Positions 27,518 through 37,360 are shown, counted from the first letter of the stretch. The stretch: DNA of 64,000 nt from SAR86 cluster bacterium (GCA_023703555.1 CP097968.1:765168-829167), one strand, 5' to 3'. The notes: generated by a model from the sequence alone, not told the origin. Numbers and translations: made by a program.

Positions 27518-29391
27518 TATTTTTTCTCCAAATAACTTAAGATCTGATTGACTGCTTCATTTGGCTCTATACCAGAGGTATCTATCAAAATCTCAGGGTT
27601 TTTAGGCTCTTCATATGGGCTAGAGATCCCAGTGAAATTTGGAATATCTCCCTCTAGAGCTTTTTTATATAATTTTTTTGGGTCTCGGCTCATAAGAGTT
27701 TCCAAGTCACACTTTATATAAATCTCAACAAAATCGTCTTCATGAAATAAACTCCTGACTATTTTTCTATCAGAAAGAAACGGTGATATAAATGAGGCTA
27801 AAACAAATACTCCCGCATCATGAAGAATTTTTGCAACCTCTCCTGCTCTTCTAAGGTTCTCTATCCTATCTCCTTCTTTGAAACCTAAATCTCTATTTAA
27901 CCCATGTCTTAAATTATCGCCATCTAAAATATAAGTTAGAACTCCATCTTCAAATAGCTTCCTTTCAACAAGGTTAGATATAGTTGACTTACCTGAACCA
28001 CTTAGCCCAGTGAACCAAAGAACTTTTGGTCTTCTGCCAATCAATCTTACCCTTGAATTAAGATCGATATCTGTCTTTTCCCAAACTATATTCTCAGACC
28101 TTCTTAATGGATGGTTGATGACTCCTGCACCAATGGTTAAATTTGTATTTCTATCAATTATTATGAAAGATCCAAGAGATCTCACTTTTTTGTAACTCAT
28201 AAAACATATTGATTCATCCAATAGAACTTCACATTCTCCAATCTCATTCATAGATAATCCATCTGAATTAACTTTCATATATGAATTTATATCGATTTTA
28301 TTTTTATATTTTATGACTTTTCCGTTTATGGTTTTTGTGCCAATTTTAAAGAGATAGTTTCTGTCTTTGAGTGATTTAGATGAGTCAAACCAAATAATAT
28401 TTGCATTAAATAGATTAGAGTTTTCTAGTTCAGAAGTTGCATCTGAAAGAATATCACCTCTTGAAATATCAATTTCTCTATCAAGTGTGATTGTAATTGA
28501 ATCATTAGGTCCACAAGATTCTACCTTCTTGTCTCCTATGTAAATGTCATTTATTGTTGCATTTTGGTTTGAGCTAGCAACAATCAGCTGATCTCCAATG
28601 CATGCCTTTCCTGAAGCTACCGATCCACAAAAGCCTCTAAAATCTAAATTAGGCCTTGAAACATACTGTACTGGCAAGTTAAATGTAGTGCTCTCTTCTT
28701 TTTCTACTTCGGCATCTTCAAGAAGCTCCATTATTGGTTTTGAATTTGCCCAACTTAATTTTTTAGATTTCTTTGTTATGTTTTCACCCAGTAAAGCAGA
28801 TACCGGTACAAAGTTAATCTTGTCAAAACTGAGGGATTCAGCCACCTCTTTCTTATAGGTAGAGATAATAGATGTGAATACATCTTTTGAGTGACTTACA
28901 AGATCCATTTTATTTACTGCAACAATAATATTTCTGATGCCAACCAGATTAGCTATAAATGAATGTCTTTTTGTTTGTTCGAGTACACCTTTCCGAGCAT
29001 CAATAAGTATAATCGCAAGATCTGCTCCAGATGCTGCAGTAACCATATTTCTTGTGTATTGTTCATGCCCAGGAGAATCAGCAACAATAAACTTTCTTTT
29101 TTCAGTTGTAAAAAACCTATAGGCAACATCAATTGTAATACCCTGCTCTCTTTCGGCTGCTAAACCATCAACAAGTAATGCAAAATCTATTTCACCACCT
29201 TGGGTTCCAAGCTTTTTAGAATCTTTGAGTAGGTTGTCTATTTGATCATCAAAAATTAGTTGTGCTTCATAAAGCAAACGACCTAGTAAAGTGCTTTTAC
29301 CATCATCAACACTGCCACAAGTAATGAACCTTAGAGTTCTAAGCTTATTCTGTTTTTCAATAAACTCTTTAATCTCATGCTTTGCTGTCAC
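27517..29391 (-). CDS. cysNC: Bifunctional sulfate adenylyltransferase subunit 1 / adenylylsulfate (APS) kinase
   Basis: 624 aa. The GTPase part has GSVDDGKSTLLGRLL, DSPGHEQY and NKMD. The C-terminal APS kinase has a P-loop (FTGLSGSGKSTISN). Confidence 0.9.
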   Translation of the reverse strand: MTAKHEIKEFIEKQNKLRTLRFITCGSVDDGKSTLLGRLLYEAQLIFDDQIDNLLKDSKKLGTQGGEIDFALLVDGLAAEREQGITIDVAYRFFTTEKRKFIVADSPGHEQYTRNMVTAASGADLAIILIDARKGVLEQTKRHSFIANLVGIRNIIVAVNKMDLVSHSKDVFTSIISTYKKEVAESLSFDKINFVPVSALLGENITKKSKKLSWANSKPIMELLEDAEVEKEESTTFNLPVQYVSRPNLDFRGFCGSVASGKACIGDQLIVASSNQNATINDIYIGDKKVESCGPNDSITITLDREIDISRGDILSDATSELENSNLFNANIIWFDSSKSLKDRNYLFKIGTKTINGKVIKYKNKIDINSYMKVNSDGLSMNEIGECEVLLDESICFMSYKKVRSLGSFIIIDRNTNLTIGAGVINHPLRRSENIVWEKTDIDLNSRVRLIGRRPKVLWFTGLSGSGKSTISNLVERKLFEDGVLTYILDGDNLRHGLNRDLGFKEGDRIENLRRAGEVAKILHDAGVFVLASFISPFLSDRKIVRSLFHEDDFVEIYIKCDLETLMSRDPKKLYKKALEGDIPNFTGISSPYEEPKNPEILIDTSGIEPNEAVNQILSYLEKK

Positions 29392-30284
29392 TAAAAATAC
29401 CCTTCCTGTTTTTTTTGTTCCATAGAGGCATTAGCGTCCTTATCTATTGCTCGTCCCTGTCTTTCACTTACAGTTGATTTAAGAATCTCAAGCATTATTT
29501 CTTCTAAGTTAGCAGCATTGGATTCGATTGCTCCAGTTAACGGGTAGCAACCCAGTGTTCTAAACCTCACATTCAATTCTTTAACTTCATCATTTTTGAA
29601 ATCCAGCCTGTCATCGTTGACATCAATTAGCATCCCATCTCTTTCAATGATCTTTCTTTTGCTAGCAAAATACAAAGGAACAATTTCAATATTTTCTTGG
29701 TAAATGTATTGCCAGATATCAAGCTCTGTCCAGTTTGAAAGAGGAAAAACTCTGATAGTCTCATTTTCTTTCTTTCTGCAATTAAAAATGTTCCATAGCT
29801 CAGGTCTCTGATTTTTTGGATCCCATCTATGTCCTTCTGACCTAAAAGAAAATATTCGCTCTTTGGCTCTACTTTTCTCTTCATCTCTTCTTGCTCCCCC
29901 ATAAGCAACATCAAATTTAAAATTATCCAAGGCCATTTTAAGGGCTTGAGTTTTCATAATATCTGTATGTACCTCGGAACCATGCTTAAGAGGATTAATA
30001 TTATTTTTCCTCCCTTCTGGATTAGTGAAGACAATCAGCTCAAGATCATTTTCTTTTTTGACTTTATCTCTAAAGGCATACATCTCTTTAAACTTCCACA
30101 AGGTATCAACGTGCAAAAGTGGGAATGGTATTTTTCCAGGGAAAAATGCTTTTTTTGCTAAATGTAGCATTACAGAACTGTCTTTTCCTAATGAATAAAG
30201 CATCACAGGATTTTTTGCTTCAGAAAACGCTTCTCTGATTATGTGAATCGATTCAGATTCTAGTGTCTCTATGTGAGTTTTCAT
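29391..30284 (-). CDS. cysD: Sulfate adenylyltransferase subunit 2
   Basis: 297 aa. It has the PAPS-reductase-fold motif [19 protein letters not shown] and [12 protein letters not shown]. Confidence 0.9.
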   Translation of the reverse strand: MKTHIETLESESIHIIREAFSEAKNPVMLYSLGKDSSVMLHLAKKAFFPGKIPFPLLHVDTLWKFKEMYAFRDKVKKENDLELIVFTNPEGRKNNINPLKHGSEVHTDIMKTQALKMALDNFKFDVAYGGARRDEEKSRAKERIFSFRSEGHRWDPKNQRPELWNIFNCRKKENETIRVFPLSNWTELDIWQYIYQENIEIVPLYFASKRKIIERDGMLIDVNDDRLDFKNDEVKELNVRFRTLGCYPLTGAIESNAANLEEIMLEILKSTVSERQGRAIDKDANASMEQKKQEGYF

Positions 30285-30291
30285 TATTTAA

Positions 30292-30365
30292 TGGAGGCTG
30301 AGAACGGAATCGAACCGATGTTAACGGAGTTGCAGTCCGCTGCATGACCACTCTGCCACTCAGCC
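30292..30365 (-). tRNA. tRNA-Cys (anticodon GCA)
   Basis: Reverse complement reads GGCTGAGTGGCAGAGTGGTCATGCAGCGGACTGCAACTCCGTTAACATCGGTTCGATTCCGTTCTCAGCCTCCA. Acceptor stem is GGCTGAG/CTCAGCC and anticodon loop CTGCAAC. It has T-loop TTCGATT, discriminator U73 and an encoded CCA. There is one U-U mismatch in the T stem. Confidence 0.85.
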
Positions 30366-30383
30366 AGTTGAGTAGATTTTAAA

Positions 30384-31733
30384 CTAATAATTGTAAGAGT
30401 CATCTTTAAAAGGCCCATTTTCATCAACAGAAATATACTCTTGCTGTTGCTGGGTTAATTTTGTTATTTTCCCTCCAAACCCCTCAACCATTAATGATGC
30501 AACTTCTTCATCTAGTCCTTTTGGCAAAACCTTAATATACACTTCTTTATCAACATCGGCTTTTTTAGCATGTGCATTTTTAAATAGCATGATTTGTGCA
30601 AGAACTTGATTACAAAAGGAGCCATCCATAACTCTGCTTGGATGCCCAGTTCCTAAAGCTAAATTTACTAGGCGCCCTTCACCAAGGAGCAATAAATAGT
30701 CATTGTCTGCTCTTATAACCTTATGGACCCCAGGTTTAATTTCATACCAATCATATTTTTTTAGATAGTTAACATCTATTTCATTATCAAAGTGTCCTAT
30801 ATTACATATTACACAAGCAGTTTTCAGAGCATCAAGCATAAATCTATCTAAAACATTTATGTTTCCTGTAGCTGTAACTACAAGATCATATTTTTTTAAA
30901 AGATTTGAATCTATATTTTTGCCCTCATTATTAATTATTCCATCTGCATAGGCTGAAACAACAGAATACCCATCAAAACATGCTTGCATTGCACATATAG
31001 GGTCTACTTCTATAATATCCACAATCATTTTCTGATTGTTTAATGCATCTGCAGTACCTTTACCAACGTCCCCATAACCAATTACCAAGGCTTTTTTACC
31101 TGACAATAGCATATCTGTGCCTCTTTTAATGGCATCATCAATGCTATGCCTACAGCCATACTTATTATCATTTTTTGATTTAGTTATTGAATCATTAACA
31201 TTAATAGCTGGGACCCTTAGTTCTCCTTTTGCCAGCATTTCCTTTAATCTATGTACTCCAGTTGTTGTTTCTTCTGAAATGCCATGTATAAAATTAAGCA
31301 TTTCTGGGTATTCTTGATGTACTTTGATAGTAAGATCCCCACCATCATCAAGAATCATATTGGCATCCCAAGGTTTTCCATCTTTGCATATTGTTTGCTC
31401 TAAGCACCACTCATATTCCTCTTCTGATTCTCCTTTCCATGCAAAAACTGGAATACCAGCAGCAGCGATAGCAGCAGCAGCATGATCTTGTGTAGAAAAA
31501 ATATTACAGGAAGACCATCTAACCTCAGCACCTAAATCAATGAGTGTTTCAATAAGAACAGCTGTTTGGATAGTCATATGAATGCAGCCCATAATCTTGG
31601 CACCTTTGAGAGGCTGCTCATCTTTGTACTTTGCTCTTAATGCCATGAGCGCTGGCATTTCATCTTGAGCCATTAAAATTTCTTGTCTGCCAAATTCAGC
31701 AAGACTAATATCTTTTACCTTAAAATCTTGCAT
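30384..31733 (-). CDS. ahcY: Adenosylhomocysteinase
   Basis: 449 aa. It has [34 protein letters not shown] and HFDNEID. Confidence 0.9.
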   Translation of the reverse strand: MQDFKVKDISLAEFGRQEILMAQDEMPALMALRAKYKDEQPLKGAKIMGCIHMTIQTAVLIETLIDLGAEVRWSSCNIFSTQDHAAAAIAAAGIPVFAWKGESEEEYEWCLEQTICKDGKPWDANMILDDGGDLTIKVHQEYPEMLNFIHGISEETTTGVHRLKEMLAKGELRVPAINVNDSITKSKNDNKYGCRHSIDDAIKRGTDMLLSGKKALVIGYGDVGKGTADALNNQKMIVDIIEVDPICAMQACFDGYSVVSAYADGIINNEGKNIDSNLLKKYDLVVTATGNINVLDRFMLDALKTACVICNIGHFDNEIDVNYLKKYDWYEIKPGVHKVIRADNDYLLLLGEGRLVNLALGTGHPSRVMDGSFCNQVLAQIMLFKNAHAKKADVDKEVYIKVLPKGLDEEVASLMVEGFGGKITKLTQQQQEYISVDENGPFKDDSYNY

Positions 31734-32503
31734 TAATCTTCGTAGTAAGAATATCTCTCTATATCATCTTCTACAGTCTCTTGGCCGAACTGAATTTCAA
31801 TAATCTTGCATGTCTCTTCAAATGGATTGGTTATTTGATGCCAGTCGCCCAACTCAACCGTAAGATGATCAAATCTAGAGAGATTAATTTCTTTCGTGCT
31901 TTCAGGAGATTCTTTTGAATAATTAACAACACACTGGCCTTCAGAGACTAACCATATTTCGCTTCTTTTGAAATGCTTTTGCAAGCTCATGCCTTTTCCA
32001 GGTTTTATTATAAGCTCTTTTACCTTTACACCTTCAGACTCAAATAAATTATAAAAATTCCCCCAAATCCTCTCTTCGCCATCATATTGCCAGTTTTTCA
32101 GTATCCAGCTACTAGAATTTTTTTTGTCATCTCCTCCAACACTAAAAACAAAATTTACCCCCTCAACGCTCATTTCTGGAATGTTATCTTTGCCTCTATC
32201 TCCACCGTTACAGAAATTTATTTCACTTTCAGGATACATATTCTTAATTTTTACTAGTGCTTGGGTTGCGCTTCCAAGTTCATCGTCTTCAAAGTCAATT
32301 ACTTCATCCACTTCTTTGACATTTTCTAGAACTGATTTTCTTTCCTCAAATGGCATAAAGGCTTTACCTTTTTTATTTACCAACCACTGATCACTATTAA
32401 GGGCAATTATTAAGTAGTCTCCATATGCTTTTGCTGACTTAATATAAGATATATGCCCGGAATGAATAGGGTCAAAGCCGCCGCTTACAACTGTAATTTT
32501 CAT
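31733..32503 (-). CDS. Fusion protein: HIGH-motif cytidylyl/adenylyltransferase domain plus type II phosphomannose-isomerase-like cupin domain
   Basis: 256 aa. The N-terminus [19 protein letters not shown]...LIIALNSD resembles the RfaE-II/TagD family. The C-terminus WGNFYNL...[27 protein letters not shown]...[19 protein letters not shown] resembles the C-terminal cupin of ManC. Confidence 0.6.
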   Translation of the reverse strand: MKITVVSGGFDPIHSGHISYIKSAKAYGDYLIIALNSDQWLVNKKGKAFMPFEERKSVLENVKEVDEVIDFEDDELGSATQALVKIKNMYPESEINFCNGGDRGKDNIPEMSVEGVNFVFSVGGDDKKNSSSWILKNWQYDGEERIWGNFYNLFESEGVKVKELIIKPGKGMSLQKHFKRSEIWLVSEGQCVVNYSKESPESTKEINLSRFDHLTVELGDWHQITNPFEETCKIIEIQFGQETVEDDIERYSYYED

Positions 32504-32512
32504 GTGCTAATT

Positions 32513-33637
32513 TTAAACTAATTTAATTGGCTTTTCCCAGAGAAAACCTTGGTTTTCCCGACCAAAATGCCCATAGTTTGTTGTTGTTTTGTAGATAGGT
32601 TCAAGAAGATTGAGATCATTTATGATGCCGCTTGGTGTTAAATCAAAATTTGATTTTACCAATTGCTCAATTTCATTAAGATTTAAAGCCTCAGATTCAA
32701 AAGTATTAATGAATACAGAAACTGGCTCACAAACTCCAATTGCATACGAAGCCTGAACCTCGCAATATTTACAAAGATCTTCACTTACTAATGATTTTGC
32801 CACTCTGCGCAGTGCATAAGCTGCGGAGCGATCAACCTTAGAGGGGTCTTTCCCAGAAAAAGCCCCTCCACCATGACGAGCCATACCTCCGTAAGTATCA
32901 ACAATAATCTTGCGGCCAGTTAAGCCACAGTCACCTACAGGCCCGCCTATTTCAAAACGTCCTGCTGGATTAATAAAAAATTTAGTCTTATCATCTAAAA
33001 GGTCTTGAGGAAGCGTATTATTAATAATCTCCTCTTTTATGAGTTCTCGTAATTGTACTAATGATAAAGCTGGATCATGCTGACTAGAAAAAACTACAGA
33101 ATCTATTCTTTGTGGTTGGTAGTCATCGCTGTATTCAACAGAGACTTGGGATTTTGCATCTGGCCTTAACCCATAGCTCTTATCTTTTAGTAACGCCTCA
33201 TGTTTTAAAGTTAGCCTATGTGCCCAGGCAATGGGCAGTGGCATCAGTTCCGGCGTCTCACGACAAGCATATCCAAACATAATACCTTGATCTCCAGATC
33301 CTAGTTGCTCGCCATGTGTAATGCCTTGACTTATATCCTGGCTTTGGTCAGAAATATAATTAGTAAACGCAAAAGTGTCATAACTAAAACCAAGCTCTTG
33401 ATTATCGTAACCAATCTCTTTAACAACATTACGCGCAATCTGTTCGTAATCAATATTAGCTGTGGTGGTAACCTCGCCTCCTAGGATGACATTGTTGTTT
33501 TTGACCATAGTCTCGCATGCAACTCTAGAATTTTTATCTTGCATAAGGCAAGCATCCAAGACAGCATCGGAAATCTGATCGCATATTTTGTCAGGATGGC
33601 CAGCTGAAACTGATTCAGAAGTAAAGATATAAGACAT
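32513..33637 (-). CDS. metK: S-adenosylmethionine synthase
   Basis: 374 aa. It has FTSESVSAGHPDKICDQISDAVLD, GDQGIMFGYA and GGGAFSGKDPSKVDRSAAY. Confidence 0.95.
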   Translation of the reverse strand: MSYIFTSESVSAGHPDKICDQISDAVLDACLMQDKNSRVACETMVKNNNVILGGEVTTTANIDYEQIARNVVKEIGYDNQELGFSYDTFAFTNYISDQSQDISQGITHGEQLGSGDQGIMFGYACRETPELMPLPIAWAHRLTLKHEALLKDKSYGLRPDAKSQVSVEYSDDYQPQRIDSVVFSSQHDPALSLVQLRELIKEEIINNTLPQDLLDDKTKFFINPAGRFEIGGPVGDCGLTGRKIIVDTYGGMARHGGGAFSGKDPSKVDRSAAYALRRVAKSLVSEDLCKYCEVQASYAIGVCEPVSVFINTFESEALNLNEIEQLVKSNFDLTPSGIINDLNLLEPIYKTTTNYGHFGRENQGFLWEKPIKLV

Positions 33638-35571
33638 TACAAACCCTCAATAGAAACACCATCCAATGCCATGGAGTTGCTAATGAGCTTGTCCATGATT
33701 TCATCGATCTCTTCATCGGTTAAGCTTTTGTCTGCAGCTTGAAACTTAAACCTAAAACCAAGTTTTAAGAGGTTTAATTTTTTGTTTTGAAAAAAATCAA
33801 AAATAAAACTTTCGGTTATGAGACCATTGTCATTTGTAATGTCGTTAACCAGCTTTGTTAATGTTCCAACTTTTTCCAAATCACTTAAACTAAAGGATAA
33901 ATCACGGTAGGAAGCAGGAAAATCTGATGTTGGGGTCAATTGATTATCTGGCACTGCTAGATTGTCAGTGGTGAATTCACATGCGAACACTGGTGTTTTG
34001 ACTTTAGATTCAATGGTCTCTTTGCTAATCTTGCCCAAACCACCAATTTCAATACCATTTAAAGTCAAAGATTCGTAAAAATCGTAACCCCTCTTATTGG
34101 TAAGCTCATAAGTTGGTTGCACTTTCAAAATATCATTGCAAATACTATTCACAAGGCCTTTAAGGTAGGCGTAATCCAATTGAGCATTAAATTCTGCAGC
34201 ATTTTTATTGACGCGGCCTGAAATGGCTAAAGCAAAACGTCGCTCTGTGCCAGAGGTTTTGTAAATATCTGAGAACTCAAAAAACTTAATGGAATCTTTC
34301 TGTCGATTCTGGTTATAGGCAATATTGGTTCTGATCGAATTCATTAAGCAGGTGCGCAATATGGCACGTTGTTTGTCCAGGGGGTTATCAACAGCGATAG
34401 CTTCTTTGCCCTCAAAATCAGTGAAAGGATTGTTGATGACTTCAAAGCAGCCCTGATTGATTAAATAATCTCCAACCAGTTCTTCAAAAGATCTATTTTG
34501 TTTTTTTACCATGACAGGCAATGCCAAAACTTGAGACGGGATATTATTATAACCAATCATTCTAGTAACTTCTTCTGCCAAATCATTAAGCTGATCCACA
34601 TCGGATCTGTGGGCTGGCACAGTCATGTTCTTGCCAGCTTGAAAGCCCAAAGCACTCAAATAGCTAAGTTGCTCTTGCTGGCTAATATCGATCCCAGCCA
34701 CTGCATTAAGTTGGCTGGCATCGTATGGCACTTCCGCCAATGTGGTTTTATTTTGTTCGCTATAAAGAGCAACCGACTTAACTTCAGTGTGCTCGGAAAC
34801 AATCTGTAAAAATCTACGCAAAACATCTTCTTGGCAGAGATAATCCACGCCGCGCTCAAACTTATAGGCTGCCTCCGAGCTAAGGTTGTATTTTCTTGCT
34901 TTGCCTAAAATTTCTTGTGGTTTGAAGTAGGCGCACTCTACCAGTACCTTAGTTGTATCTGCTGAACAGGCTGTGCTGGCCCCACCCATGATACCCGCCA
35001 AACTGATCACTTGATCGTCCAATGAAAAAACCAAATTCTCATCGGTCAATTCGATCTCAGTATCTAATAGGGTCTTGAACTTTGTATTAAGCTTTTTCTT
35101 GGCCAAACTGAAATGCCCCTGCATAGTGTTATGATCAAAGCAGTGCGTGGGTTGTCCTGATTCGTAAGCTAAGTAGTTGGAGATGTCGGTGAAAAAATTG
35201 TTTTTGTTGATGCCTAGATCTGCACAATAAGCTTCTAAGTAAGGTTCATACTTTGTGGGTGCTTGCTCGATTTCAATCTGCAGAAAAGAAATATTTGGGC
35301 ATATATCTTGAGCTTTATTGTCAAACTGGAGTTCAAGTGCTGGCAAAGTCATATCACTTTTTGGCAGCTCTTTGGCATGATAGAAGTAATTGAGATCACG
35401 CGCTAGGCCTTTAAGTGAAAGGCAGTCCCCGCGATTGGGGGTGATTTCCATATCGAGGACTTCCCCATCGATTTCATGCTCATGCCCTAATTGAAACAAT
35501 AAATCTGATAACTCCTCTAGCTTGGGTTGTTGCTCTAAGAGGTTAAGTAAATGTGAATAAACGATCTTCAT
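33637..35571 (-). CDS. pheT: Phenylalanine--tRNA ligase beta subunit, short form lacking the N-terminal tRNA-binding OB domain
   Basis: 644 aa. The N-terminus ...FQLGHEHEIDGEVLDMEITPNRGDCLS jumps from the B1 region straight to the TPNR(A/G)DCL motif. The B3/4, B5 and catalytic-like domains and the C-terminal FDX-ACB domain (FPASYRDLSF) are present. Confidence 0.9.
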   Translation of the reverse strand: MKIVYSHLLNLLEQQPKLEELSDLLFQLGHEHEIDGEVLDMEITPNRGDCLSLKGLARDLNYFYHAKELPKSDMTLPALELQFDNKAQDICPNISFLQIEIEQAPTKYEPYLEAYCADLGINKNNFFTDISNYLAYESGQPTHCFDHNTMQGHFSLAKKKLNTKFKTLLDTEIELTDENLVFSLDDQVISLAGIMGGASTACSADTTKVLVECAYFKPQEILGKARKYNLSSEAAYKFERGVDYLCQEDVLRRFLQIVSEHTEVKSVALYSEQNKTTLAEVPYDASQLNAVAGIDISQQEQLSYLSALGFQAGKNMTVPAHRSDVDQLNDLAEEVTRMIGYNNIPSQVLALPVMVKKQNRSFEELVGDYLINQGCFEVINNPFTDFEGKEAIAVDNPLDKQRAILRTCLMNSIRTNIAYNQNRQKDSIKFFEFSDIYKTSGTERRFALAISGRVNKNAAEFNAQLDYAYLKGLVNSICNDILKVQPTYELTNKRGYDFYESLTLNGIEIGGLGKISKETIESKVKTPVFACEFTTDNLAVPDNQLTPTSDFPASYRDLSFSLSDLEKVGTLTKLVNDITNDNGLITESFIFDFFQNKKLNLLKLGFRFKFQAADKSLTDEEIDEIMDKLISNSMALDGVSIEGL

Positions 35572-36290
35572 TTAAATTGCCTTAAGAAATCGAGGTTTGA
35601 TTTGTAAAAATCTCTTATATCTTTCACTTCGTACTTGAGCATAGCAATTCTTTCGATGCCCAAACCAAATGCCAAGCCAGAATACTTTTGTGGGTCAATG
35701 CCGCAGTTATCTAAAACTTTTGGATTAACTACCCCACATCCTAGAATTTCTAACCATTTATCACCAAACAAGACATCAACCTCTGCGGATGGCTCAGTAA
35801 ATGGAAAATAAGATGGTCGAAAACGCAGTTGTGCCTCTTCACCAAACAATGAGTGACATATCTTATAGATTAAGTCTTTAAGATGGGCAAAATTGACATT
35901 CTCATCGACATACAATCCTTCAATTTGATGAAACATTGGTAAATGAGTAGCATCATCGTCTTTGCGATAGACTTTACCTGGGGAAACTACCGCTATAGGA
36001 GGTTTGCTAGCTAGCATAGTTCTAACTTGGACTGGTGAAGTATGCGTACGCAAAACTTTTTTCATGCCATCGACATAAAAAGTATCATGCATTTCCCGAG
36101 CAGGGTGGGTTGCGGGGATATTGAGCATATCAAAGTTAAATTCTTCACTCTCAATTTCGGGCCCTTCGGCCACTTCAAAGCCAAAGGACGTCAGTAATTT
36201 AATAAGATCAAACTTTACTTGATTAATAGGATGAATTGCCCCAATTTCTTTGTCTAGGCTTGGCAGGAATATCTCTTTTGGTTTTGACAT
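35568..36290 (-). CDS. pheS: Phenylalanine--tRNA ligase alpha subunit, short form lacking the N-terminal coiled-coil
   Basis: 240 aa. It starts about 15 aa before HPINQV and has THPAREMHDTFY, FRPSYFPFTEPSAEVD and GLGIERIAML. The rplT stop overlaps its ATG (TAATG). Confidence 0.9.
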   Translation of the reverse strand: MSKPKEIFLPSLDKEIGAIHPINQVKFDLIKLLTSFGFEVAEGPEIESEEFNFDMLNIPATHPAREMHDTFYVDGMKKVLRTHTSPVQVRTMLASKPPIAVVSPGKVYRKDDDATHLPMFHQIEGLYVDENVNFAHLKDLIYKICHSLFGEEAQLRFRPSYFPFTEPSAEVDVLFGDKWLEILGCGVVNPKVLDNCGIDPQKYSGLAFGLGIERIAMLKYEVKDIRDFYKSNLDFLRQFK

Positions 36291-36637
36291 TAATCTATAG
36301 CAGTTTTGACAACTTTTTCAAAAGTTGCTTTATCCTGTATAGCTAACTCTGACAGCATTTTTCTGTCAAGTTCTATATTTTTTTTATTGAGACCAGCAAT
36401 AAATTTTGAGTAAGTAAATCCTAGCTCTCTAACTCCAGCATTTATACGAGTTATCCACAGTCTTCTGAAATCTCTTTTTCTATTTTTTCGATCTCTATAA
36501 GCATATTGCATCGACTTAATTAAGGACTGTTTTGCAGTCTTAAAGAGCCTTGACCTCGCGCCATAGTGACCCTTAGTTCTTGCAAGAACTGCTCTATGTT
36601 TTTTTGCTGCAAGATTTCCTTTAGTAGTCCTTGGCAT
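36290..36637 (-). CDS. rplT: 50S ribosomal protein L20
   Basis: ORF 36290..36664. I set the start at MPRTTKGNLAAKKHR (36637). YGARSRLFKTAKQ...YAYRDRKNRKRDFRRLWITRINA matches L20. Confidence 0.9.
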   Translation of the reverse strand: MPRTTKGNLAAKKHRAVLARTKGHYGARSRLFKTAKQSLIKSMQYAYRDRKNRKRDFRRLWITRINAGVRELGFTYSKFIAGLNKKNIELDRKMLSELAIQDKATFEKVVKTAID

Positions 36638-36638
36638 A

Positions 36639-36830
36639 TTAGGCCTCCAAAAGTTTATTAACAACTTTCAAGTTTGCTCCTTCAAGATTACTTGTGCCCC
36701 TTGCATGTCTTTTTCGCTTAGTTGTATGTTTAGAAAGAATATGATTTCTTCCAGCAGATCTCATTTTCAGACCTGAACCTGTAGGTTTAAATCTTTTTTT
36801 TGCACTTGAATGATTCTTTAATTTACTCAT
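36639..36830 (-). CDS. rpmI: 50S ribosomal protein L35
   Basis: 63 aa. [20 protein letters not shown]...[13 protein letters not shown] matches L35. Confidence 0.9.
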   Translation of the reverse strand: MSKLKNHSSAKKRFKPTGSGLKMRSAGRNHILSKHTTKRKRHARGTSNLEGANLKVVNKLLEA

Positions 36831-37360
36831 TTTTCTTTTCGTGGTGTTAACAGTGTACTGTAAGTTCTGTTTTCAAACTTTGGCTCCACTAACACGGATG
36901 CCATATCTTCCGTTTCTTTGATGATACTGTCAAGTAAAGTTTTTCCAAATGAAGTATTACCGAGTTCCCTTCCTCTAAAAGTTACTGAAACTTTTACATT
37001 TGCTTTTTTATCAATAAATTCCAAGATCTTCTTAAGCTTCACATCTATGTCGCCTCTTCCAATATTTGGTCTCATCTTAATCTCTTTCAGATCTATTTTT
37101 CTTTGATTCCTTTTCGATTGTGCTTTCTTCTTTTTTTGTTCAAATTTAAATTTTCCATAGTCAATAATCTTTGCGACAAAAGGCTCTTTATCAAAAGTTA
37201 TTTGTAAAATATCCAAGCCCCGTTCTTTTGCAAGCTCAATCGCATCGCGCTTAATGAAATTTCCTAGTTTTTCTCCTGTTTCAGAAATTACAGTCAGCTT
37301 ATCACCCTTCATGAATTCATTAATGGGTGCTTGTGGCGGTCTTCTTCTTTGAGGTCTCAA
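36827..37360 (-). CDS. infC: Translation initiation factor IF-3
   Basis: 177 aa. It has [13 protein letters not shown]...[12 protein letters not shown]...[17 protein letters not shown]...VTFRGRE. The first in-frame start candidate is TTG at 37360..37358, with a TAA stop two codons upstream. Confidence 0.9.
   Translation of the reverse strand: MRPQRRRPPQAPINEFMKGDKLTVISETGEKLGNFIKRDAIELAKERGLDILQITFDKEPFVAKIIDYGKFKFEQKKKKAQSKRNQRKIDLKEIKMRPNIGRGDIDVKLKKILEFIDKKANVKVSVTFRGRELGNTSFGKTLLDSIIKETEDMASVLVEPKFENRTYSTLLTPRKEK

Noticed and set aside
30366..33650. Looked for SAM or SAH riboswitches or leaders upstream of metK and ahcY
   Set aside because: The metK ATG overlaps the pheT stop, and the ahcY ATG overlaps the upstream stop. 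No non-coding space exists for a riboswitch.
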